Shown here in pieces: positions 8,104-16,098 of a stretch of DNA of 61,963 nt. The notes beneath the pieces were generated by a model. That model searched no databases and was not told the DNA's origin. It saw nothing but the letters and a program-made list of their open reading frames with translations. The stretch comes from Candidatus Omnitrophota bacterium (GTDB lineage Bacteria > Omnitrophota > Gorgyraeia > 2-01-FULL-45-10): assembly GCA_016929115.1 (NCBI GenBank), contig JAFGJL010000077.1, positions 1 to 61,963 of the forward strand, given 5' to 3'. Each line of letters begins with the position of its first letter. The first letter of the stretch is position 1. The translations under genes and the position numbers were made by a program.

Positions 8104-9322
8104 ATATCCTGGTCCCGTCCTTGATCACGGCGTTCTTGGGGACGATCACAATGCCGTCCCGTATAAAGTAACCATCGCCGTCAAACTGCCTCAATCCTTT
8201 CGCATTCCTTATCACGACGTTCCTGCCTATGCGCGCGTTCTTATCCACGATAGCCTTCTCTATGACGGAATTATCGCCTATGCCTGTCTTGACGGCGGCC
8301 GTGCTTTTGGCGTCTTCGTAATAATCTGCGCCCATGACCACCGTCCTGGCTATCTTGCAACCCTTTCCTATAGTGGTCCTCAAACCTATGACCGAATCCG
8401 TTATCTGGGCATTCTCTATCACGCTTCCTTCGGCTATGATAGCCCTGCGGATCTTGCACGTATCAAGTATCCTGGGAGCCGGTAAAAATCGGGGCCTGGT
8501 AAAGACCGAACCGCCGTAGAAGGCCGAGAACTGGGACCTTGACAGCGCCATCTCTATGTTGGCGTCGTAGAAAGACCTTATCGTCCCTATATCCCTCCAA
8601 TAACCGTGGAAGGAATACCCGTAGCCGCTGAACTTCTTTATAGAATGAGGGATGACCTCGCGGCCGAAATCTATATCGTTGCCTTCCAGGACCTTGGACA
8701 GGATGCGCGCATTGAAGATATAGACGCCCATCGATGCCAGATAAGAGCCTTTGTGCTTCAGCCCTTTTAATTCAGCGACGGCCTTGGGCTTTTCCCTGAA
8801 ACCGGTTATCCTATCATCGGCGCCGAGCTTCATGATGCCGAACTCTTTCGTCTCGCTCGCCCTGACAGGGAAGACCGACAGGCTAAAGTCGGCCTTCTTC
8901 TTCCTGTGAAAATTGATGAAATCCCGGTAGTCCATATCATAGAGATGGTCGCCCGAGAGTATCAATATATCCTCATTGCCCTTAAGCTCAAGATGCATTA
9001 TGTTGCGCCTGACCGCGTCGGCCGTGCCCTGGAACCAGACCGCGCTGTCGATCGTCTGTTCGGCGGCAAGGATCCTGACAAAGGCCCTGGAGAAATAGTC
9101 GAACCGGTAGGTATTATTGATATGGTTGTTGAGCGACTCCGAATTGTACTGCGTCAGCACGTAGATGTCTTTTATATTGGAGTGGAGGCAGTTCGAGATG
9201 GGTATGTCGATCAGCCGGTATTTGCCCCCTATGGGGACGGCCGGTTTGGAGCGGTACATAGTAAGCGGAAAGAGGCGTTTTCCCTGTCCGCCTCCGAGAA
9301 TCAGCGCCACGACCCTTTTCAT
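8102..9322 (-). CDS. glgC: glucose-1-phosphate adenylyltransferase
   Basis: N-terminus LILGGGQGKRLFPLTMYRSKPAVPIGGKYRLIDIPISNC and a C-terminal left-handed beta-helix region. Confidence 0.9.
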   Translation of the reverse strand: MKRVVALILGGGQGKRLFPLTMYRSKPAVPIGGKYRLIDIPISNCLHSNIKDIYVLTQYNSESLNNHINNTYRFDYFSRAFVRILAAEQTIDSAVWFQGTADAVRRNIMHLELKGNEDILILSGDHLYDMDYRDFINFHRKKKADFSLSVFPVRASETKEFGIMKLGADDRITGFREKPKAVAELKGLKHKGSYLASMGVYIFNARILSKVLEGNDIDFGREVIPHSIKKFSGYGYSFHGYWRDIGTIRSFYDANIEMALSRSQFSAFYGGSVFTRPRFLPAPRILDTCKIRRAIIAEGSVIENAQITDSVIGLRTTIGKGCKIARTVVMGADYYEDAKSTAAVKTGIGDNSVIEKAIVDKNARIGRNVVIRNAKGLRQFDGDGYFIRDGIVIVPKNAVIKDGTRI

Positions 9323-9343
9323 ATCATATTTCCTTTTTTAAAA

Positions 9344-9352
9344 ATTATATCA
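9344..9352 (-). promoter_or_regulatory. candidate extended -10 promoter (TGaTATAAT) for glgC
   Basis: The minus strand reads tgatataat, then tttttaaaaaaggaaatatgat and the ATG. Confidence 0.4.
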
Positions 9353-9470
9353 TAAGTACCCTCAAAAACAAGGATTTTAATACTCTTGGCATTAGCGCCG
9401 ATAAGATCAAGGATGCGGCCGACCTGGTAAAGACGATAGCGAACAGGTCGAAATAAATCTAGCCCGGGTA

Positions 9471-9499
9471 TTGCAAATGCCGGGTTTTACAGGTATACT
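9471..9499 (+). promoter_or_regulatory. sigma70-type promoter TTGCAA-17-TATACT
   Basis: -35 at 9471..9476, 17-nt spacer, -10 at 9494..9499. Located about 28 nt upstream of the mini-ORF start. Confidence 0.5.
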
Positions 9500-9526
9500 T
9501 TAGGACGCTAAAAAAAAGAGGTGCGT

Positions 9527-9583
9527 ATGTGCAAGACCTGCGGAGCCCATAAGAAGAAAGGGAAGAAGAAAAAGAAGAAATAG
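9527..9583 (+). CDS. 18-aa peptide MCKTCGAHKKKGKKKKKK (below the ORF-track length cut-off)
   Basis: AAGAGG SD 5 nt before the ATG. Promoter upstream and intrinsic terminator downstream. 10 of 18 codons are Lys. Confidence 0.45.
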   Translation: MCKTCGAHKKKGKKKKKK

Positions 9584-9621
9584 GCGTTCCTTGTTAGAAT
9601 AGCGGTTTTTAATATTTATAA

Positions 9622-9664
9622 GCCCCGCCAAATCCATAAAGGTCCTGGCGGGGTTCGTATTTTA
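9622..9664 (+). terminator. rho-independent terminator after the mini-ORF
   Basis: ccccgcca (9623..9630) pairs with tggcgggg (9646..9653), followed by ttcgtatttt. Confidence 0.65.
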
Positions 9665-10228
9665 GGGGCAGAAATAAAGCTCCCGATAGGATCTGATGTC
9701 GGCCATGAAACCGCCTTTTAAACACGCGCCAGGATAGCCCTAAACACTCAAAACAGGCCCAAGAGCGAGACTTCGCAGCCATTACAGGGAAAGAGGCCGT
9801 CCATAATGGGCCGCGAAGCAATAAAAAGAAATAGAGCAAAATAGCCGTTCGATGTGGACGCCAAAAATACCTGCCGGTAAACCGGAAGCAGTGCCTGAAC
9901 AAAAGTACACTTATCAACAGGAAATTCATACATATATATAACTATATGAGGGACAGCGTGTTGCGTGTTTTATTTCCATCTTGGCTAGTTAACATAAGAT
10001 ATATTATAGGACGTTACCGAATAGGCTAGCTTGGGCTATATTGTCTCTATGGGTCCTTCCGGGATGGCTCTTGTGGGGATTCTGGCGCGGTGTTGCGCCC
10101 TTTTATGGATTGGTAACTATCCTCCGATACCCAAGAAAATGAACGGATTCGGTATCGGTATGCTGGCACAGCCAGCCGCACTAAATATCATTATAGCCAG
10201 GCAACCATATATCAGGAACCTTATCAGT

Positions 10229-10528
10229 TTATGGCTCAAGTTTAAAGTATCCGCCTTTGATACGGATTATCTTTCCTTTAACAAGAGCTTCAGCCAGGCA
10301 CTTGCGGGCCTTCTTTAAAACCCTTGAAAAAGTCTGTTGGCTGACCCCCATAAAGAGCGCCGCTTCGGCCTGGCTTAAGTCCAACTGGTCGGCCAGCCTG
10401 ATCGCCTCGCGCTCTTCGAGCTTCAGCTCTATATGGTCAGGCCTTCCAACCTTGCCGCGCGGGCTGAACTGCCTTATCTTGGGCTCGTCTTTTATGACCC
10501 GTTGCTTTACAGGACGCCCTTTTGACAT
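10229..10528 (-). CDS. DUF134 (UPF0251) family predicted DNA-binding protein
   Basis: GRPVKQRVI...FSPRG...LKLEEREAIRLADQLDLSQAEAALFMGVSQQTFSRVLKKARKCLAEAL matches the DUF134 pattern as I remember it. Confidence 0.7.
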   Translation of the reverse strand: MSKGRPVKQRVIKDEPKIRQFSPRGKVGRPDHIELKLEEREAIRLADQLDLSQAEAALFMGVSQQTFSRVLKKARKCLAEALVKGKIIRIKGGYFKLEP

Positions 10529-10582
10529 GATCGCCCACCGCTATTTAAATACCTATTTTAGAAAAATTATCCACACCTTATC

Positions 10583-10602
10583 TTATGAGTATATACTCAT
10601 AA
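10583..10602. promoter_or_regulatory. perfect 20-bp palindrome upstream of the DUF134 gene (candidate operator)
   Basis: ttatgagtat|atactcataa is exactly self-complementary. It lies 55-74 nt upstream of the start codon and contains TATACT. Confidence 0.4.
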
Positions 10603-10617
10603 ATATGCATAAAAAAA

Positions 10618-10983
10618 TTAGAAGTTCTTGTCCTTGAATATCTCATCGATCTGCCGCTGGATGTCCTCCATATCCCTGGCTTCCTCTTTCCATCTGTCCC
10701 AGTGGGCCGTAACGAGATCCTCTGCCTCCAGGATGAGCGGCTTAAAATCTATGTTGAGCTCTTTGGAGAGGAAATCCATGGATGTCAAAAGGACGACGAT
10801 CCATTTTTCCCGCTCATTGAGCTCCTCAAAGATGATGTCGAATATCTTCTTTATCTGCTTCCTGTCCTTTTGGATATCTTTTTCCGCCCTTTCGACCCTC
10901 TTCTTTAGGCGGGCCAAGGCCTTATCGGCCTTTTTTGTCCCGGCGCCCATGGATGACACCTTCTTTCCTTTGAGATCTCCCAT
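10618..10983 (-). CDS. hypothetical charged / coiled-coil-like protein
   Basis: ORF with K/E/R-rich heptad-like sequence. Its start abuts the stop of the upstream membrane-protein ORF. Confidence 0.55.
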   Translation of the reverse strand: MGDLKGKKVSSMGAGTKKADKALARLKKRVERAEKDIQKDRKQIKKIFDIIFEELNEREKWIVVLLTSMDFLSKELNIDFKPLILEAEDLVTAHWDRWKEEARDMEDIQRQIDEIFKDKNF

Positions 10984-11295
10984 CTAACGGCTCGGACCTT
11001 TCATGAAAACCTTAAAAAGCCATATGGCTGTCCTAACGACCAGATAGAGAAAATAAAGCAAAAGCAGCGCGATAGGATATACCAGCATCGAGAAACGTTC
11101 GGACTTATCGTAGATGAAGGTATCATTCGCCCACATGACAACAAGGCCTATGGCGATGATCAGGATAAAACCGGCGTTCTTCCTTACAAAGAGGCCTATC
11201 TTTCCAAATAAGCCGCTGCCAGGAACGTTCTTATCCATGCCTATCCCCTCCCTTGCCCCGTTTGCGCTAACGGGTAGCGAAAGGCTTAAGGACAC
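10984..11295 (-). CDS. hypothetical small membrane protein (2 predicted TM helices)
   Basis: Hydrophobic stretches FILIIAIGLVVMW and VYPIALLLLYFLYLVV. The true start may be the internal Met at 11238. Confidence 0.5.
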   Translation of the reverse strand: MSLSLSLPVSANGAREGIGMDKNVPGSGLFGKIGLFVRKNAGFILIIAIGLVVMWANDTFIYDKSERFSMLVYPIALLLLYFLYLVVRTAIWLFKVFMKGPSR

Positions 11296-11357
11296 TTAAC
11301 CCGATGTGAGGGCGCGCTTATAACTTTCTCTTATCCTAATACGAGACGCAGCGGATT

Positions 11358-11525
11358 TTAATTTGCGCCCTCCTGTGAATTCTCCGCGACAAACTTCTTT
11401 ATCTCGTCGATATTGTCCAGGATCATCCTCGCCTTGGAAAGGCCGAAAGAGAACGGATATTTATCGTTCTCATCCCTTCTTATGATCAACACCGGCTTAC
11501 CCTTAAATTCGCCTCTTTCAACCAT
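11358..11525 (-). CDS. unlisted 55-aa ORF (MVERGEFKGKPVLIIRRDENDKYPFSFGLSKARMILDNIDEIKKFVAENSQEGAN)
   Basis: AAGGAG lies 6 nt upstream of the ATG. It overlaps the 3' end of the upstream gene by 8 nt. Below the ORF-track length cut-off. Confidence 0.5.
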   Translation of the reverse strand: MVERGEFKGKPVLIIRRDENDKYPFSFGLSKARMILDNIDEIKKFVAENSQEGAN

Positions 11526-12390
11526 CGCTAGCTCCTTCTTTTTTATTGACCAGCACCGCCGTTATCTTTGTAAAAAGCGGCGCCTTGACCATGCCATACA
11601 CGGGAATCCGCAAATTATCGCACGAAAAATAACAGCTCGCGTTCCCTTTCTTCACCCGCTCCCCTTTCAGAACGGCGTACGGCTCCACATAGAACGTCTC
11701 GTACGTAACGTTGTCCAGCTTGATGAACGCCTTCTTTTCGATGAGCCCGAAGAGATTATAGACCTCCTCGTTGTTCACCACCGTATATCCCACCTTCTGC
11801 CCGACGTACGCGTCTACCGTCCTGAAGTAATACGCGGCGCTCAGGGAATCCTGTACGTCGCCGGGTATATCGAACGTCTTCCGGGAGCCGTCACACAGAT
11901 TATGAAAATAGGCCTTCTTCGCATTGTAATCGAAGACCGTGACGGCGTCCTTCTTATATCTCCCCTCCCTTCTCCTGACCACATGCTTAAGGCTCACATA
12001 CCGCTCTTTGTCGATATATGAGAGGTAGGTATCATCGACAGGATATATCTTTGAGCAAAAAGCGTTCGTCCTGGCGGTGAGCTCGACCACATACGCTTCC
12101 CTGCCTTCAAGGCGCTCGATGCCTTTTACGCGCGCCACCACCGTGGCGACCGGGATGCCGAGCCATGCCACTTCATAGGTAAGCTCTTCCCCGACCCTGA
12201 ACGGCGCGGCCGCCTTTTCGATCGCGATGTCCTTAGCCAGGATCTTGCGGTCTGCCGCAACGACAGAACCCTTGACGACCGCGGCCTTCGATGCGGCGCA
12301 CCCGGCCGATATGAGCGCAAGCAACACGCACCATCCTAGGACGCGGTAAAGCGCAACCCGATCGTTCTTTGATATACCCATATGATCCAT
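11518..12390 (-). CDS. DUF3108-like lipoprotein (tentative)
   Basis: Lipobox-like LLALISAGC. Beta-rich body resembling DUF3108 proteins. The start overlaps the upstream gene by 55 nt, so start choice is uncertain. Confidence 0.55.
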   Translation of the reverse strand: MDHMGISKNDRVALYRVLGWCVLLALISAGCAASKAAVVKGSVVAADRKILAKDIAIEKAAAPFRVGEELTYEVAWLGIPVATVVARVKGIERLEGREAYVVELTARTNAFCSKIYPVDDTYLSYIDKERYVSLKHVVRRREGRYKKDAVTVFDYNAKKAYFHNLCDGSRKTFDIPGDVQDSLSAAYYFRTVDAYVGQKVGYTVVNNEEVYNLFGLIEKKAFIKLDNVTYETFYVEPYAVLKGERVKKGNASCYFSCDNLRIPVYGMVKAPLFTKITAVLVNKKEGASDG

Positions 12391-13565
12391 GTCAGGGCGA
12401 AGATCTCAACGAACAAAAAGGATACCGATGCTCCAATCATACCATATTTCGGGATCAATATAAAGTTCGAAACGATGCTTAAAAGGGCGCTGGCCGCCGC
12501 CTGTTTCAATACAGCCTTTTCATGGCCTGTGGCTATCAGGCCGGTTGAGAAGGGCATGTTCAGCAGGACCATCATCACGCCGCCAAGCATTATGTTGAGC
12601 GGTATGCGCGCGGGAAGATATTGAGCACCCACGGTAATCGATATGAGATACCTGCTGAAAAAGACCAGGGGTATAAGCGCCGCTGCGATCAATATAAGCG
12701 AAAGGCGCAGGAATTTCTTCGTGACTCCGCGGAACTGGCCGACGTCATCGTGGAACGTATAGGTCAGGCGGGGCAACGCGGCGTTCGCGAGAAAGACCGT
12801 GAGGGCGGTTATGCCGCCCACGATCCTGCGCGAAACGGAGAAATACCCCACCTCGTGAGCACTCCTGAAGAATCCGAGGATGATGATATCAAGATTATTA
12901 TATGTCTGGACACATACCGAGATAAGCCATATGATGAGCGAACTGGACAGGTGCAGCCTCATCCTGGCCCTGTCGAGGTGCCGGACGTTAAGCCTGAAAT
13001 GCAACCGCCGTAAAAATATGGCGATGATCGGGACCGTGGCGAGAAAATACAGGATCGGCACCTTCAGCACGTCACCCGGCCCCTTTACGAAGACGTAGAT
13101 AAAGCCAAGCTGCAGAACGGCGGATGTGGTGAACGAGATGAAGACCATGTGCATCTTCTCTACGCCCTGGAACGCCCATTCCGTAGCCAACGCGGCCGTA
13201 AAGACAAGGAGGCAGCTTCCGGCGATCAGTAAGCGGACCAGGGCAGGCTGCTGCCACAGGGCGAGGGCTATGATTATGGTCAAGGCATACAGCGCGCACG
13301 CCACGATGAGCTTGAATGAGACGATATCCGAGACTATCTCCGTCAAGCGGCCCTTGTTGCGCGCGATCTCGCGCACGCCGTATGTCGAAAGGCCAAGATC
13401 GACGAAATTAAGGAGATAGAAAGCGAAGGCGCTTGCGTAGGAAAGGTAGCCGAACGCCTCGACTTTGAGCGCACGGGCAAGGTACATGAAGAGGACGGCG
13501 CTGAGAAGGCTGTTGGTGATGTTCGCCGCGGACATCCACATGAAGTTCTTAGAGACCTTTTCCAT
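12336..13565 (-). CDS. MOP/Wzx-type oligosaccharide flippase family protein
   Basis: About 12 hydrophobic helices, with an N-terminal NFMWMSAANITNSLLSAVLFMYLARAL typical of polysaccharide biosynthesis flippases. Confidence 0.75.
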   Translation of the reverse strand: MEKVSKNFMWMSAANITNSLLSAVLFMYLARALKVEAFGYLSYASAFAFYLLNFVDLGLSTYGVREIARNKGRLTEIVSDIVSFKLIVACALYALTIIIALALWQQPALVRLLIAGSCLLVFTAALATEWAFQGVEKMHMVFISFTTSAVLQLGFIYVFVKGPGDVLKVPILYFLATVPIIAIFLRRLHFRLNVRHLDRARMRLHLSSSLIIWLISVCVQTYNNLDIIILGFFRSAHEVGYFSVSRRIVGGITALTVFLANAALPRLTYTFHDDVGQFRGVTKKFLRLSLILIAAALIPLVFFSRYLISITVGAQYLPARIPLNIMLGGVMMVLLNMPFSTGLIATGHEKAVLKQAAASALLSIVSNFILIPKYGMIGASVSFLFVEIFALTWIIWVYQRTIGLRFTAS

Positions 13566-13566
13566 C

Positions 13567-14778
13567 CTATTTCTTCTTCATCATCCCCTGCAACGCCTCT
13601 AGATACTCAGCCGCTTTTTCTATGTCGCTCTTTTCACCGGACGCCGCGACAGCGCCCTCCTTGCCGGACGATTTCGCCGCTTCCTGTATGGCTTCGGATA
13701 TCTTGTCTATCGTCATGGAGGTGAGCGCCTTCTTTGAGATGGGCCCCAGATAGAACCTCGGCTTTTCTATATCCCCCTTTATCTTGAAATCGAATACGAT
13801 GTCGCCGAAGGACGAGCTGAAGTATTTGACAAGGTCCTGGGTGCTCGCCTCCCAGAGCTGCGCGTTCTCAAAATCCTTCTTCACGTCGAACTCCAATTTT
13901 GAGAGCCTGACCTCATTCGTAGACCCGATGTTGCCGTTATCGAAATCGAAAACGAGCGTTCCGGAGAACTTCCCGCTCCTGAAGACGAACGGCGAATAAC
14001 GGTCATAGTAGGGCTCAAACGGCAGTATATCAACGTCCGAGGCCTCAAGCCGGTTCGACATGGTAAGCTTGGGTGTCTCGGGATGGAATGCCACGACCCA
14101 TCGGAGGACCTGGAAGGGGGCGCCGTTCACGTCCCCCTGACCGGTGGAGGATATGTTCACGACCTTTTCGGAGGCGCTGTCGAATTTGGCCGTTACCGTG
14201 GCATCCACCTTCTCGAGAGTTATGCGGTGCGGCTTGGCCAACTGTAAATTATCGATAAAGGCTATCTTTCCTTTCTTGATAGAGTATGTCTCGGGCAGTT
14301 TTATGGGCGCCGTCATCTTCTTGGCGCTTTTTGCGGCAGACCCGGCCTTGGCCTTGCCCTGGCCCTTGGCGCGCCCTGCGGCTGAGCTCTCCACCATCTT
14401 CCTGAACTCGTCTGAATTGATCCTGCCGTCGCTTAACCGCTCTATGGTCAGGACAGGGCGCTCGATGACTACAACGAGCACCTCGATCCCGTCAAAAAGA
14501 GTCTTGCCGATAAGCCGGTAATCGCAGTATACCTCGCTTGCCTCCAAAAGATAGCGCTCGGAGAACCCGGAAGGATTCAACACTCTAAAGCCCGTCAAAC
14601 CGACCCGATTTCCCTTGAAATCGATATGCAAGCCGCCGATCTTCACGTAGTCGGGCAGGAAATCCCTTACGACCACCTCGGCGGTCCTCCGGATGATCTC
14701 GTGCCGGTAGACATAGATACCCGCGCCACACACTATAAGCGCGGCCACCATCGATATAAACACGATCTTCTTTATCAT
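13567..14778 (-). CDS. membrane-anchored hypothetical protein (AsmA/DUF748-like, tentative)
   Basis: N-terminal TM anchor followed by a beta-rich domain. The family call is from weak resemblance only. Confidence 0.5.
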   Translation of the reverse strand: MIKKIVFISMVAALIVCGAGIYVYRHEIIRRTAEVVVRDFLPDYVKIGGLHIDFKGNRVGLTGFRVLNPSGFSERYLLEASEVYCDYRLIGKTLFDGIEVLVVVIERPVLTIERLSDGRINSDEFRKMVESSAAGRAKGQGKAKAGSAAKSAKKMTAPIKLPETYSIKKGKIAFIDNLQLAKPHRITLEKVDATVTAKFDSASEKVVNISSTGQGDVNGAPFQVLRWVVAFHPETPKLTMSNRLEASDVDILPFEPYYDRYSPFVFRSGKFSGTLVFDFDNGNIGSTNEVRLSKLEFDVKKDFENAQLWEASTQDLVKYFSSSFGDIVFDFKIKGDIEKPRFYLGPISKKALTSMTIDKISEAIQEAAKSSGKEGAVAASGEKSDIEKAAEYLEALQGMMKKK

Positions 14779-14787
14779 AGGATCCCC

Positions 14788-15717
14788 CTACTGGTTCTCC
14801 TTGAAAAGGTCCAAAAACCTGTCCTCATAAGCCTTGTATAAGTCCCACCGGTCCAGCTCGTTCTTGAGATTGACGGCTTTGGTCTTGTCAGCGCGAGCCT
14901 CCTGAAAAAGGCGCTCTATTTTCTCTATTATATAGCCGGGCACCACCTTGTCCCTCTTGGGCGCTTCCCTCTTATCCGCCTTCCCCTCCCCTATCGCGAA
15001 GACATCCTTGACCTTATCCTCCACGATCTCCATCTTGGCATCCATCTCCGCTATATATTCCTCGATCTCTTTCAGGTCTATCTTGAAACCCAATAACTTC
15101 GACAGGACCTCGATTATGGCGGCGGATGCCTTGGGGTTGGGAAGGCTTATCGCATAATGAGGCATCGTCGCCAAAAGGCACATCGCCTCAATACCGCGCT
15201 TCTCCGCAAAACCGAGGAGGAGCCCGTTCAAGCCGAAGACCTGGCCGTCCTCCATGATCTTGACCCCAGACTTCAAGAGAGCGTCCTTAAGCGGCCTTTT
15301 GTTGGCCACGCCGTATACCTCGGCGCGGTCCTTATGGCTTACCGGCGACGGAAAAGCGGCGGCCGTGTAGATGCGGGTCACCTTGGACTCAAGGGCCAGA
15401 TCGAGCACTTTATTCAAAAGGCTCATACCGCCCTGGCCAGGCAGTTGCGCCTGGCCCTCAAATATGATCAGGTTTGCGTCCTTGGCGTAATAAAAGACAT
15501 ACTCCGGCGGGGCCGGCAGTTTCGCCATCCCGTCCTCCACGACCACCGAATCGAGAGAAAAGGACTCATCCACCATGACCTGCGCGAATTTTACCGCTCC
15601 CAGCTTCCTTTTCAGATAATCGACCGTGCCCAAGGCCACATTCCCCATGCCGGGCCATCCGGCGACCATCGCGGGCTTCGAGAAATCCATCTTCTTGTAT
15701 ATCTTCATACTTTCCAT
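14788..15717 (-). CDS. PAC2 (proteasome-assembly-chaperone-like) family protein
   Basis: PAMVAGWPGMGNVALGTVDYL and the overall PAC2-like pattern. Confidence 0.65.
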   Translation of the reverse strand: MESMKIYKKMDFSKPAMVAGWPGMGNVALGTVDYLKRKLGAVKFAQVMVDESFSLDSVVVEDGMAKLPAPPEYVFYYAKDANLIIFEGQAQLPGQGGMSLLNKVLDLALESKVTRIYTAAAFPSPVSHKDRAEVYGVANKRPLKDALLKSGVKIMEDGQVFGLNGLLLGFAEKRGIEAMCLLATMPHYAISLPNPKASAAIIEVLSKLLGFKIDLKEIEEYIAEMDAKMEIVEDKVKDVFAIGEGKADKREAPKRDKVVPGYIIEKIERLFQEARADKTKAVNLKNELDRWDLYKAYEDRFLDLFKENQ

Positions 15718-15723
15718 ATCACC

Positions 15724-15752
15724 ATTATAACGTATTCAACCGGCATCTTCAA
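15724..15752 (-). promoter_or_regulatory. sigma70-type promoter TTGAAG-17-TATAAT, only 6 nt from the ATG
   Basis: The minus strand reads ttgaag-N17-tataat ggtgat ATG. There is no SD. Confidence 0.4.
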
Positions 15753-15775
15753 ATGTATCCTCGATCTCACAAAAT

Positions 15776-15819
15776 AAAAACCTCCTTCCCAACATGCGCT
15801 TGTCAGAAGGAGGTTTTTT
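15776..15819 (-). terminator. intrinsic terminator after the 81-aa ORF
   Basis: cctccttc (15781..15788) pairs with gaaggagg (15806..15813). An A-run and a T-run flank the hairpin. Confidence 0.65.
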
Positions 15820-15837
15820 ATCGGCCTTTTAAAGACC

Positions 15838-16083
15838 TTACTTTCCCTGCGCCGGTTTCGCCTGAGGCGCCGGCGCCGGCTTGGCCGGTCCCTCTTTTTC
15901 CTGCTCCACTATGGACCGGACCTTTATCCATGTGCCGGAATTTACTATCCATACATCGCCGGTCAGGCGGTCAAACTTCGCCACAATAGGCGTATTTACG
16001 ACGATGGCGTACCTGAATTCCAGAAGAAATACTCCGGCTATCATCAGCACCGCGATCACCCAAATAGCGTTCTTCATAGCCAT
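15838..16083 (-). CDS. hypothetical small membrane-anchored protein
   Basis: N-terminal TM helix AIWVIAVLMIAGVFLL and a Pro/Ala/Lys-rich tail. Confidence 0.55.
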   Translation of the reverse strand: MAMKNAIWVIAVLMIAGVFLLEFRYAIVVNTPIVAKFDRLTGDVWIVNSGTWIKVRSIVEQEKEGPAKPAPAPQAKPAQGK

Positions 16084-16098
16084 AGCTCCTTTTGCGCT

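Noticed and set aside
9313-9456. An open + strand frame ending ...NTLGISADKIKDAADLVKTIANRSK* upstream of the mini-gene looks protein-like.
   Set aside because: I could find no ATG/GTG/TTG start with an SD in that frame. It overlaps the glgC start and promoter region. It is possibly a gene remnant, but that is unsupported.
9527-9664. The Lys-codon-rich mini-ORF plus terminator interpreted as a lysine-sensing transcription attenuator.
   Set aside because: No + strand gene lies downstream of the terminator for it to control, since the next genes are on the minus strand. I also could not find an alternative anti-terminator pairing.
9609-10318. ORFs 9609..9929 (-), 9748..9933 (-) and 10031..10318 (+) in the long intergenic region.
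   Set aside because: They have implausible composition (F/L/R/C/W-rich) and no SD. The + ORF runs antisense into the DUF134 gene. The region is treated as non-coding (see finding).
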